Source of the DNA: Lama guanicoe
Lineage: Eukaryota
Reading direction: 5' to 3'
Assembly: GCA_013239625.1 (NCBI GenBank)
Contig: MU053574.1
Location: 1-64,000 of the forward strand
DNA length: 64,000 nucleotides
In this document: positions 11,871 to 23,745 of the stretch, in pieces
Layout of the letters: every line of letters begins with the position of its first letter
How positions within the stretch are numbered: the stretch's first letter is position 1
Translations under genes and position numbers: made by a program
Notes under the pieces: generated by a model
Database searches by the model: none
What the model saw: the letters and a program-made list of their open reading frames with translations, nothing else
Told to the model about the DNA's origin: nothing

Positions 11871-13457
11871 GAGTCAGGTAAAACTCTCAGCACACCCTCC
11901 CTGGGGTTTCTCTTCTCCTTCATGAGCTTTCTATCTTTTTGTCCTTCTGTCTGACTGACCTGGTCCCAGGACACCGGGGACCTGGTTCTGCTACAGACTT
12001 CTGGGGGCAGGAGTTGCAGGGGTGAAGTTTTTCTTTATAAACATCTGGATCTGCTATTGACCTACCAAATTGGAAGAAACTCAGGCTAATTCAAGCAGAA
12101 ATTCAATTCAATGAGATGACCCCGGAGCTCGCACATTTCATAGGCATCTGGATAATCTGGCTGTAAAACTGGCAGGGACCACGGGCAGTGGTCAGTCAGG
12201 GACACCCCCAGCCCCACCCTCGGAAGAGCCCTGGGCTTCAGACCCTGGGCGGCGGCCACAGGCTCACTGGTTCAGGACATGCACTGGATCAGCATCCCAA
12301 CACCTGGATTTGAGGCACCCGCCCTCCAGACTGCGAAAGGATACACTTCTGTTATTTAACCTGCTCACACTGTGTATGCACACGGCCACACACAGCCGCA
12401 CACACAGACACAGATTCATTCTCTCACACACACACAGGCCACTCTCGTGTCCACAGGCAAATCCTTTATCACAGGCTGAATTACCCCCTTTGAAAGGCCC
12501 CCTGAGCATGGGAGAACAGGTTCTGCCTTCAGTCCTGTGAGGCCTGGACCAGGCCCTCCGTGCAGAACCACCTCCTGCCGCTCCTGAGTGGGCCAGCCCC
12601 GCCTCCTCGTCTGCCGGATGGTGCGGCGGCCTCTCCAGTGAGTGGAAGTGGTGCGGCTCAAACGTCCAGTTCACACACCAGGGGCTGTATTTCTAGTTCG
12701 TGCTGGTTGCCTTCTGAAGCCTCCGGGAAGAATCCGTTTTCTCACCTTTTTCAACATCTAGAGGCCACTGCCTTCCCAGGGCTGGTGGCCCCTTTGTCCA
12801 CCTTCATGGCCAGCAGTGTCCAGCGCAGTCACCCCACGGGCGTCACTCTGACCCTGCCCCATCCTCCCGTCCTCCCTCTCTGACCCTCCCCCTGCCCCTC
12901 CCAACAGGTGAGACTGCTCTGGGCCACCTGGCTGATCCGGGATGGTCTCCCACCTCAAGGGGAGCTGACCCGCCTCTCAGCCCATCTGCACCTGCAGGGC
13001 TCCCTGCCGTGAGTCTAACACCCCGACGGGTCTGGCCTGGACCGGCCGCGAAGGGCACCGCGCGCAGCGCTGCCAGGGACCAGCGAGACGGTGACTCCGA
13101 GCCCGCCAGCCCTGAGCCTGCAGCCCCTCTGCTCAGGGCGCGTCACCACGTGGTCACGACAAAGTCAGGCTGCCTTCCTGGGGGGGCTTCCTGCTGCTGC
13201 TGACGGGTCAGCCCTGCTGTTTGTGCCCCTTCCATGGCTCCTCACACTGCCATGTGGCAGGAAGGCATATTTGTTCCATGGAATTAGCCTTGTGTGTCCA
13301 CTGTCCAATGAAAGGCCCTCAGAATTACAGGAAGAACACTGGATTCTGCCAATACCAGTTGTAGATTTTGCCCGTAAGGAGGGTGGGAGCGATCCAATAG
13401 GGATAAACTGAAACCTGTGTAGAGGCCTTGCCGGTGGCAGAACCCCTAATGTGTCCC

Positions 13458-14027
13458 CTCTTACTGGTGATTAGAAAAAAGCTGTGGGAATAGTCTGCGG
13501 CCTCTTAGATCCTCCGTGAGTGGAGAAAGAAACCAGCCCCAGCAGTTGTGATCAGAAAAGCTAACACAGAAGCAAAGCGGGGGGCTGGGCAGACAAGCCC
13601 CCACAACCGAGACAGCAAGCCAGCCCCCGGACTCCCAGCGTCTCAAAGGTAAAGCCCAGCGCACATTCCTCAACCGTTCTGCAGAAATCAGGCTCCAGTC
13701 AGATGGAGTGGTGACTGTGGACACGCAGCCCCCAGACTGGCTGCAGCCTGAATAGTGCTCATTCCTATGGCCTCATCTGGTGACATCGTCACTGACCAAT
13801 CAGAAGATCGCGCACGAGCTGGCCGTGTTTCCCGTGCCCTCTCTCTCAGCTTGCCTTTAAAACTCCTTCCCTGAAAGAGCCATCAGGGGGTCAGGTCTTT
13901 GGAGCATTAGCACCTATACTCCTTGTGTGGTAGCTTGCAATAAACACTTCCCCTCAGCACCACCCAGTGCCCGGGGGTGGGCTTGGCTGTGCATCGGGCA
14001 AGTGGACCCAAGTTTGGTTCGGTAACA
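13458..14027 (+). mobile_element. ERV1-class solo LTR inserted into ERV internal sequence
   Basis: CCAAT (ccaatcag), TATA-like cctttaaaa, poly(A) signal caataaac, terminal ...ttcggtaaca. Start is approximate. Confidence 0.65.
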
Positions 14028-14029
14028 AA

Positions 14030-14979
14030 ATGACCAGTATTCCCAGAAGCAGCCATGGTGCCGTCAGAGACGGAGCAAATAAAAGACACTGGAGGGTCAT
14101 TTAATCCGCCTGCTGGGCTCTTTTTACTGTTATTGTCGAATCCCAGAATTATTTCCCTCTTTTTGGAAAATGAAATTCCAGCATGATACTTTTCTAAGAA
14201 GTTTCATCCTAACAAATGAATAGGGACGGAGGAACTACGGAAGAAAGGGCGGGTATCTCTCAAAGAGCCTAAAAAGGGAATGGATTCAGAGACAGGACCC
14301 TGTTGCTGTTCACTAGAGACCCCCACTAGCTGGACCATCCCGGTGCTCCGAGGCAGGCGCTGCTTCGTAGCAGTGGGGTTCGGCACTGAGAGACTCATCC
14401 CCAGTCTAGAGAGTTGTCGCTCTGAGCCGATTAAAAGCACGGGTTGGAAAGAGCCCCTGCGCTTCCCATCATTGGGAATTAGGAGAACGTAGGAAAGACT
14501 AATAGAAGGTTGAAGGCATCTGGAATGCTTAAGGTTGCGACAATCTTTTTTCCAGTGTCCCGACTTCTTACAATAGTGTCAGAAACCAGGAGGGTTTGGT
14601 ATCATTTGGGGGCCTCCCTTTGCCGGAGTTGAAAATCAAGATTTTTGGTGGTCTTCCCTTTAGTCAAAGCATCTATGGCGTTGGCAAGCTGGTTTGTCAA
14701 ATTAACTAAATCCAGAGTGGATGTAGTTTCCCATTCCACCCTAGTCCTTTTAAGAGAAAGACCTTGGTTTAGCCCATTAATAAACACAGAGCTGAAGGGC
14801 ATCCCAGTGGATTCAGCCTCCAAAGAAAAATCAGTTTTCCTTAAAGCCAATCTGGAGTCAACAGTAAGAGTCACAAGCTGGTCTGCCAGGTTTTGTGTGC
14901 AAGCCTGAATTTTGTTGTTTTTCTGAGCGAGTGCCACGTCTAAGCCCTTGTCAGCCAGCCTGGTCTCCAGACCTACCAA
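14030..14979 (-). mobile_element. Decayed ERV1-like gag(-pro) internal sequence
   Basis: Minus strand ~14540-14585 reads GF*HYCKKSGHWKKDC, a CCHC nucleocapsid zinc knuckle whose first Cys is mutated to a stop. Confidence 0.7.
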
Positions 14980-14989
14980 GCTATGACGT

Positions 14990-16205
14990 GGGACACACGT
15001 GACAACACTCCCTCATCAAATGCGAGTGGTGGATACGATATGGGCGGGCTCGGAAGGCACAAGTAAGTTGGATAAAGAAGTGGTCCAGGGGCCGATGGTC
15101 CCCACTCCTGCTACACTGCCTTCTCGCTCCCAGCCTCATCGGGAACGTCCGCACGACCAGTTGACAGAGGAAGGAAAAGCTTGGGCCGGGTTCACAGAGG
15201 GTTCTGCTTGAAATGTAGGCACCACCAGGAGTGGACAGCGCCAGCACGATAGCCCACTTTGGGGATATTGGCAAAGGACAACTGTGAAGGGCAACCCTCC
15301 CGGGGAAGAGCGCCAAGCAGTTCGCCTGGTTGTTCATTTTGCCCCAGGGTCGGGGGGAGGAGCGTGGCCACACGGGTTGTGTACCGAGTGGAGCCGTAGC
15401 CAGTGGCTTGTCCAGATGGGCAAGGACTTGGAAGTAACCAGCCTGGAAAATTAACAAGAAAGTCTGAGGCAGGGAAGTGTGGACAGACTTCTTTGAAAGG
15501 GCAGAAAATGTGAAGATAAATTTGAGTCCTATGTCAATGCCGACCACAGGGTGACCTCAGCAGAGGAGGATATCAGTAGTCAAGGGGGGTGGGTGACCCG
15601 TTTGTGGACAGCAGTCAGCGACTTTCCACAGCAACTCGTCATCACCCAACAGGCTCAGGAACAAAGTGGCCGTGGCGGCAGTGATGGAGGGTGTGCGTGG
15701 CCTCGGCCAGATGGAGTCCCACTCACCCAGGCTGACCTGCCTACAGACATTGCTGAGTCTAAGCTGCCGACCGGCTCTGAGTCCCTGATACAGCACCCAC
15801 ACCTGCTGTCAGGTTAGCTGCACTGTACCTCTTCCACCGTGGGTGGTACAGGGTGGCGCTCTCACTGGGATAGACACTCTGGATACGGATTTGCCTTCGG
15901 TACAAGCCACGCTTCTGCCAAATCTACCATCCAGGGATTTACAGAGTGCCTTATCAGCTGTCACGGTACTCCACATGCATTGCTTCTCAACAAGGAACTC
16001 GCTTCGCAGCACGTGAAGTGTGGCAATGACTCACGCACGTGGAATTCACTGATCTTACACGCCTGCCACCATTCTGAAGCAGCTGGCTTGATAAAACGGT
16101 GTGATGGCCTTTTGATAACTCAGTTACAGTGCCAGCTAGGTGGCAATACCTTGCGGGGGTGGGGCAAGGTACTCCAGGGAGTTGTGTGTTCTGAATGAGC
16201 ATCCA
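14990..16205 (+). mobile_element. Decayed ERV-L pol (RNase H and integrase)
   Basis: QLTEEGKAWAGFTEGSA (RNase H); SGYGFAF..SAKSTIQGFTECLI and HHSEAAGLIKRCDGLLITQLQCQLGGNTLRGWGKVLQ (ERV-L integrase); frameshifted. Confidence 0.85.
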
Positions 16206-16209
16206 GTAA

Positions 16210-16470
16210 AGGTTGCAGGACTTGTACCCTGAAAACCTCGATAAATTGCTGAAAGAAATTAAAGACCTGAGTGGGAAACAGTCCCATATTCATGGATCAG
16301 AAGACTTAATTCTGCTAAGACGGCACTACTCCAGAAATTCAGCACAAGGCCTCCCAAAGTCCTGGCCGCATGTTGCAGAAATTGACAAGCCAATCCTAAA
16401 ATTCATACAGAAAATGCAAAGGACTCAGGAGAGCCAACAGAATTTTTAAGAAAGCATAAAGTTGGAGTAT
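16210..16470 (+). mobile_element. L1 ORF2 fragment
   Basis: QDLYPENLDKLLKEIK...EIDKPILKFI. Confidence 0.75.
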
Positions 16471-17335
16471 GAGGATACACGTGGAACCCCAGAACTGGTA
16501 TCAAGGGCACTTTTCGATGAGGACACTTGAGATTCAGCAGATGTCGAGGGAAAAGGGGGCTTACGGGGGCCTCCCCTTTTCTGACTAAAAGCGGAAGCTT
16601 CGGAGAAACGGCGATGGCCATGAATCCCCTCTTCCGGGCGGCCTCTGCCCCAGCGGAGACGCTAAGAATAAACGCGCCGCAACGTCTTCTGCGCGATGCA
16701 ACCCGCTCACACCTGTGCAGACAAACACTGTCACAGAATTTCTTGCACCCCGTTGATTTCCTAGGAACCCGTCATTCTTTTCTGAAGAAACCTGTCTGGT
16801 CTTCCCACAGCCTCCGTTTCTTCTGCCCTGCTTTCCCCTCTTAGGTTTCTAACTCTCTTTCACCATTTGACGTGTCAGCTGCGTCCTTTGTTCGCTGTGT
16901 GCACAGAAAAAACTCTTCTCCTGGAACCCGATTTTGTCAGTTTGATTTGCAGCCTCTAGCAGCTAATCCTATGAGGGTAGAGAGAAAAAATCGCCCCTCT
17001 AAGGGAGGGCGGGGACACCACACTCACCCCGGAGGCACACTGGGAAGAACCGACAAAAGGCAAAAGTCCTGATCCAGTCGGCCCCCAGACTTCTGCTCTG
17101 AATCCAGGCAAATGAGGGCGGTAAGTCCCTCCTTGTCTTCTCCTTTCCGAAGTTAGGTTGGCGGGAGGAACCGCTTCGAGGGACTACTTTTCTGGGCTCA
17201 GTGATCTTGTAATCACAGTATGAAAGGCTGCCCTTCCTGCTCTCCCTCCCAGCTGGGCGTGACCAGCCCAAGTTCAGGCCAATTAGATGGGAGCAGCTGT
17301 GCTACACGGGGTTTGGCGGTAGGGGGCGGGGGGGG

Positions 17336-17346
17336 NNNNNNNNNNN
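17336..17346. other. Assembly gap (11 N)
   Basis: Run of N bases. Confidence 1.
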
Positions 17347-17702
17347 GGCGGTAGGGGGCGGGGGGGGGGTTGCTCTGATGGGCCTGGTGCTCCTCTGCCC
17401 TGCCTGCTTTCCTCCTGCCTGCCCTCTCAAATGCAGCCGTGGTGTCAGGACCATGCCGGCGCTCCTGCAGCCACCTCGGGCCACAGGACAGCCTTGAGAA
17501 TGGAAACGCCTACTAAGATGCTGGAGCAGAAGGACAAATGATGGCTGGTTGCCATGGCGGGCCATCCAGGGCCAGCATGGACTGTTCACATGCAAGTCCA
17601 CTTACAGGAGAAAGAAAGAATCTCTCTCTTCTCTGTGAACCTGTTATGTTGAGTTTTCTGCTATGTGTAGGGATATCGAATCCTATCTAAAGTAATAGCT
17701 TT

Positions 17703-18550
17703 AATTATGAGAGAAATAAAAATCAAAACTGTAATGGTATCACCTCACACTGGTCAGAATGGCCATCATTAGAATGTCCATAAATGATAAAAGCTGGAGA
17801 GGGTGTGGAGAAAAGGGAGCCCTCCTACACTGCTGCTGGGAATGTAGTTTGGTGCAGCCACTGTGGAAAACAGTATGGAGATTCCTTAAAAAAACTAAAA
17901 AGGGAGTTACTATAGGATCCAGAAATCCCTGGGCATATATCCAGAGAAAACTCTAAGTCAAAGAGATACATGCACCTCAATGTTCACAGCAGCGCTATTT
18001 ACAACAGCCAAGACACGGAAGCAGCCTAAATGTCCATCAACAGATGGCTGGATAAAGAAATTATGTTTTTTATACACACACACACACACACAGTGGAATA
18101 CTACTCAGCCATAGGAAAGAGTGAAATCATGCCATTTGCAGCAATACGGATGGAACTGGACATGATCATACTGAGTGAAGTCTGTCAGGCAGAGAAGGAC
18201 AAATACCACATGAGATCGCTTATATGTGGAATCTAAAAAGATGACACAAATGAACTTATTTACAAAACAGAAACAGACTCACAGACATAGAAAACCAACT
18301 CACGGTCACTAAAGGGGACAGGGAGGGAGGGAGAAGTTAAGAGTATGGGATTAGTAGACACACACTACTGTATACAAAACAGATAAACGAAAAGGTCCGA
18401 CTGTACAGCACAGGGACCTGCATTCAGTAGCTTGTAATAACCTACAATGAAAAAGAATCTGAAAAAAATGCACATGTGTAACTGAATCCCTGTGCTGTAC
18501 ACAGGAAACTAACACATTGTAAATCAACTAAACCTCAATAAAAAAAATAA
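17703..18550 (+). mobile_element. 5'-truncated L1 (ORF2 end + 3'UTR + A tail) with TSD taatagcttt
   Basis: ORF2 C-terminus ([25 protein letters not shown]); TSD at 17693-17702 and 18553-18562. Confidence 0.9.
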
Positions 18551-18829
18551 CATAATAGCTTTCCCACTGAATCACTGTGTGACTGGGGTAAGAACCATCT
18601 CTTCTCTGGGACATTCACCATCTGCCCAGTGGCAGAGGCAGTGGTGAGGGTCTTATTTGATTCTGAACATTGGTGCTTTTTCTGATCCATGTCCTCTTCT
18701 ACCAGCAGTGCCTCAGTTTCTCTTTGGCGAACCGCCCCTTCCCCACACGCAGTCCATAAAGTCAGGCTGGGCTGGCACCTCTTTCCGGCTGTAGGGTGCA
18801 GGGGCCACATAGGACTTGGCACATGTGCT

Positions 18830-19487
18830 GCCTGTGGGTGCTATGAGGCAAGGTCACGTGCTGTCCACGGGCCCCATGTGCCCAACCTAGCCTGCATCGC
18901 CTGTGGGAGGAAGGCTGGTGAGTACCCCTGGGGACGGTCCACACCCCACCCCAGCCAGGGGATGGAATCCAAGCCACATCCACTTGAGCAGGGGCCCTGC
19001 AGTTCCCTTTTCAGCCCCTCAGAAGACAACTGGGAATCTGAGACAAAGAGAGAGGCTCAGGACACTTGAGGTGGCCAGAGACCAGTGCAGGAGGTTTCAG
19101 CCTTCCTTGGAGTTTCCACTGGGAATGAGAACCCCTGAAGTCCCCAGGGAACCCTGCCCACCCCTCCTATGTAGTGCTCTTTCTTTTAGGCACCCCCCCA
19201 TGTGGACACACACACACACACACACACACAGACTGCCCTCCTGGGTGTCAGAGGGGAGTGCACAGTGGGGAGGTGACAAGGGGTGAGAAGAAAGAGGTTG
19301 GGGCAGCTCTGCCACGGGGCAGGGGCATCCAGTACCCTAGCAACATGCCCGGGCCCACAGCAAGGGGAGGGGACAGATGCCAGGCTGATGGCAGGGGGTC
19401 CCCAGGGGACTGCCTGAGTGGGGACCATCCACAGGGCACCTTGAGAGAACAAGGGGCTGGGGTCCTGTATACATCACTCTGGCTATC
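18830..19487 (+). pseudogene. CpG-decayed copy A of the RALGDS distal promoter/exon-1 donor/intron-1 start
   Basis: Aligns by eye to ~45780-46850; shared agaagaaagaggttgg..ggcagctct motif at 19286 and 46639; donor-like gtgagtacccc at 18918 vs gtgagtgcccc at 46173. Left boundary is uncertain. Confidence 0.75.
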
Positions 19488-19489
19488 TA

Positions 19490-21745
19490 AAACGTACTAT
19501 ATACTTAACCCATTGGTTATGTTTTTTGTGAAGTGCCTAGTCAAATCTTTTTTTGATGAAATTGTTCATATGAGTAAGTCCGTGTTGGTCTTTATTTGAA
19601 TGAAATCATACAGCATGTACTCTGTTTTTATGATTTAAAAAAAGTCATCACATTTAATTCACCATCTTAACCATCTAAAGTGTACAGATCAGTGGTTAAG
19701 TACATTTGCTGGGTTGTGAAACAAATCCCCCGAGCTTTTCCTCTTGCAGATCTGAAACTCTGTAGCCTAAACAACACTCCCCTCACCCCCTGCCCCTGAG
19801 CTCCAGGTAACCACCATTCTGTTTCCATTTCCGTGAATAGGCTCCTTTAGATACTTCCTAGAAGTGGATTCATCCACTGTTTATCTTTTGTGAATGGCTT
19901 ACTTCGCTTGTCATAATGTCCTCAAGATTTATGTATGATGCAGCCAGGATCTCCATCCTTTTTAAGGCTGAGTAATATTCCACTATATGGATAGACCATA
20001 TTTTGTGTATCCACTCATCCACTGGTGGACACTTGGATTGCTTCCCCAACTTGGCCATTGTGAACAGTTATGCTGTGAAACTGGGTGTGCGGAGTTTCTC
20101 TCCCAGATCCTACTTTCAATTCTTCTGGATATATCGCAGATGTGGGAATGTTGGATCATATGGTAGTTACATTTTTAATTTTGAGTCACCTCCATACTGT
20201 TTTCCAGACTGTTTGTGCCATTTCACAATCACACCAACAGTGCACAGGTGTTCCAGTTTCTCCATATCCTTGCCAATATTTTGATATTTTCTTTCTTTTT
20301 TAATTAATTAGCCATCCTAATGACTTATATCTCTTTGAGTTTCTTTGGTCTATATTTTTCTAATGGGTAGTGATTTTTTTAACATTTTTTATTGAGTTAT
20401 AGTCATTTTACAATGTTGTGTCAAATTCCAATGTAGAGCACAATTTTTCAGTTATATATGAACATACATATATTGTCACTTTTTTTTTTGCTGTGAGCTA
20501 CCACAAGATCTTGTATACATTTCCTTGTGCTATACAGTATAATCTTGTTTATCTATTCTACATTTTGAAATCCCAGTCTGTCCCTTCCCACCGCTCCTCC
20601 CCCTTGGCAACCACAAGTTTGTATTCTATGTCTATGAGTCTGTTTCTGTTTTGTATGTATGTTTTGGGGTTTTTTTTTAGATTCCACAAATGAGCGATCT
20701 CATATGGTATTTTTCTTTCTCTTTCTGGCTTACTTCACTTAGAATGACATTCTCCAGGAGCATCCATGTTGCTGCAATGGCATTATGTTGACATTTTTAT
20801 GACTGAATAGTATTCCATTGTATAAATATACTACATCTTTTTTATCCAGTCGTCTGTTGATGGACATTTAGGCTGTTTCCATGTCTTGGCTATTGTAAAT
20901 AGTGCTGCTATGAACATTGGGGTGCAGGTGTCTTTTTGAAGTAGGGTTCCTTCTGGATATATGCCCAGGAGCGGGATTCCTGGGTCATATGGTAAGTGTA
21001 TTCCTAGTCTTTTGAGGAATCTCCACACTGTTTTCCACAGTGGCTGCACCAGCCTGCATTCCCACCAGCAGTGCGGGAGGTAACGGGTAGCGATACTGAG
21101 CTTAGTTTCCTACGCTTGTTGGCCATCTGTAGATCATCTTTGGAGAAATGTCTATTCAAGCCCTTTGCCCATTTTTTAATCAGTTTATTTGCTTTTGCTA
21201 TTGCACTGTAGGAGTACTTTATTTATTCTGCATATTAACCTATCATAAGATATACAATTTGCAAACGTTTCCTCCCGTGCTATATAGGTCACCCTGTCAC
21301 CGGCTGTGTGCGCTGAGGCGTGGCCGTCTGCACTCTGACGCGGTCCTGTTGGATCATTTTGTTGTTGGTGTCGTCTTCTATCACTTTGGTGTCACGTCCA
21401 AGAAATCACTGTCCATCTAATGTCATGGAGTGTTTCCCCTCCACTTTCTTTTGGGACTGTCGCAGCTTCTGGACTTGCATGTAGGTCTTTAATCCATTGT
21501 GAGTTGACTTGCACCTGGTATAAAGGCCCAGCTTCGTTCTTCTGCACGTGGCTGTCCAGTTTTCCCAACACCATTGGTTGAAGAGACTGTCTTTCTCCAC
21601 CGTGTGCCGTGGCTCCCTTGTTGACGGTCACTCGATCATTTACACAGGGTCCTTCTGTGGGACAGCTATGCTGTTCCTCTGGTTGATTCATTTTTATGAC
21701 AGTATCAAAAGCTTTGATTAATGAAGATACGTAATATGCTTTGAG
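19490..21745 (-). mobile_element. Nested antisense L1s; younger L1 at ~20375-21080 with TSD taa(t/c)gggtag(t/c)gat
   Basis: ORF2 peptides on minus strand ([28 protein letters not shown]); TSD at 20361-20374 and 21081-21094. Confidence 0.88.
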
Positions 21746-21769
21746 GTGAGGATGTGGGCATTCGCCTAC

Positions 21770-21950
21770 GGCTTGGAACTAGACTCAGTCCTAGGACCAG
21801 CTCCGAGGCCAGCCCGCAGCCGGGCCGGCGGCATCCCCAGCGTCGGCCACAGCACCAGCGCCAGTGCCCGAGCCACCTCCTGCGTCACCTCACCACCGCA
21901 GCTGAGCTCCAGCTGGCACCCGCTCCGGCACCAGAGCAGTTTTTCACCTT
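21770..21950 (+). pseudogene. RALGDS Pro/Ala/Glu repeat exon fragment (unit 1)
   Basis: GLELDSVLGPAP and AAELQLAPAPAPEQ resemble recalled RALGDS LELEPAPEQ/APAPAPEL repeats; frameshifted. Confidence 0.55.
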
Positions 21951-22289
21951 GCCCAGGAAGGCCATCTTTCCTTTACTTTTCTCCTTTATATGAGCTTTCA
22001 TTTTTATATTTATGTGTTAAAATTTAGACACAATAAAATGTAGCCCTGGAATTATTTTAAACTGTACCATTCGGCAGCATTACTGCTTTCTCTACGTTGC
22101 GCACCATCAGCATCTAGCTCCGGGCACTTCCATCACCCCAGCAGGAGCCCTGTCCCATTAGCAGTCACGCCCCAAACTCCCTCAGCCCCTGACAGCTGCC
22201 AGTCTGCTTCCTGTCTCTACGCAGTTCCCGCCCTGGCCTACAGGCCTCTCATGAGTTCAACTTGACCTTCCAACGTCCCTCCCCCACAG

Positions 22290-22930
22290 AGGTGAAGACC
22301 CTTGGAAATGCCAACATGTTCTGTGCCACGAACTCGAACTCTACCACCGACAACGACTGTGTTCTGACCAAGACGACCTCCAGCAAAGGGGGGAAAGGCA
22401 GGCAAGGAGCCAGCTCAGCCCTCCCCCACCTGAAGCAGGAGGGACTCAGGATTCCACAGGCATCTTCTAACTGGTCCTTAGCACTGGCCAGTCACATGGC
22501 CGCCCTCCCCAGCAGCTGCCTGGCTGGGTGACTAAGCACTTACAGACTGGAGTGACAAAGGTTGGGTGAGCACTGTCCAGCCAACCTGCTGGCCCAGGTC
22601 ACCCCCAGGAAGAGTTTCACTCTGCACTTCTCCTAATGCGGGGATGACGCCTGCCAGTCAGCAGGCTGCCCTGGCCTCCCACAGACCACTTTTAGCTTCA
22701 GGTGCCTTCTGATCTCTGGAGTCCAAAGGACTAGCTGTGGCTGCAGACCCTGAGACAGAGTTTGTGGGTTCATGGTTGCCAAGGAGAACTACCCCTGGGC
22801 ATGAAGCCTTGTCCACCACCCAAGCACTGCCCTCTGTAGATCTCCCCCACACCCCCAGGAGCAGGTCACTGCCATCTGTACCCATGGGCCCCATAGAGCA
22901 CCACTCATCCTGTGGATTTAACCACTGCAA
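22290..22930 (+). pseudogene. RALGDS last coding exon + proximal 3'UTR (unit 1)
   Basis: Acceptor ccctcccccacag, then VKTLGNANMFCATNSNSTTDNDCVLTKTTSSKGGKGRQGASSALPHLKQEGLRI..GIF* (TAA 22468-22470), vs human [58 protein letters not shown]. Confidence 0.88.
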
Positions 22931-22952
22931 AGCGGCCTTTCCACCCACCAAG

Positions 22953-23567
22953 TCACTAGGTCCTCAACACAGAGTCCAGGACCAGAGACAGCTCCCACTC
23001 CAAGTCCTATGACCAGTTAGATGGGCCCAGACCTTGGCAGCAGGGACAGTGACCTTGTGCTCAGTGTGCACTTGGCCAGCTCCTCCAGCTTCAAAGTGGA
23101 GGAAATAAAATGAGCTTTGACACAAAGTCTTATGATGTCCAGTAAAACCAGGTGATGGCCCCGCCCTTTCTCCCAGACAGCCCTCCCCAGCCCCTCCATT
23201 CCTAGCATGAGAGTTCCCCACTCCACATTCACCAAAGGGGGCAGGAAGCCCCGGCTCTCAAACAGAGCTTCTAGAAGCCCAAGAGCTTGTTGCCAACCCA
23301 GGGTGCCCTGCAGAGTCCTGAGAATCTGCTGACCGTGCTGCCCACCATAGTTACAGAAATTGACCTCCCTGTGGTCCCCAAAGATCTGGCATCAGCTCAG
23401 CCCCCAGCACCATCTCCTCCTCAAGCCTCAACCACGAACCCACAAACTCTCTGTCTCAGGGTCTGCAGCCACAGCTCCTCGCTGCAGCTCTCTATCCAGC
23501 ATGGGCAACAGCACGTCTTCACATCAAGCTGCCCGTGGATAATGGCAACACGTACAAGAGCATCCTT
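22953..23567 (+). pseudogene. RALGDS Ser-rich exon (22953-23151), intron, and RA-domain-start exon (23351-23567) (unit 1)
   Basis: SSHSKSYDQL..VLSVHLASSSSFKVEEIK vs SSHSKSCDQL..ALSVHSAGSSSSDVEEIN; RTHKLSVSG..VDNGNTYKSIL|gtgag vs RTHKRSVSG..VDNGNMYKSIL; splice sites kept; stops and frameshifts present. Confidence 0.88.
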
Positions 23568-23745
23568 GTGAGTTCGGCAGGCCAGGCATCCTCTTGGTTC
23601 CTTCACTTGGACCTCTCTGGATACACACCTCTTTTGAATGGCTGCCTGGACAATGAGCCCAACCGGGTCTTCCTGGCAGCGTGCCCACCCCTGAGGCCAG
23701 GGATGCCATAGCTGTACACAGGGGGAAACTGAGGCAGGCCTCACC

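Noticed and set aside
17315..17368. Direct repeat ggcggtagggggcggggggggg on both sides of the N gap
   Set aside because: Typical unmerged contig overlap at a G homopolymer; probably an assembly artifact.
22680..23600. Initial idea of a PNMA/gag-derived gene or a GBGT1/ABO pseudogene
   Set aside because: No such motifs found; + strand translation matches RALGDS exons instead.
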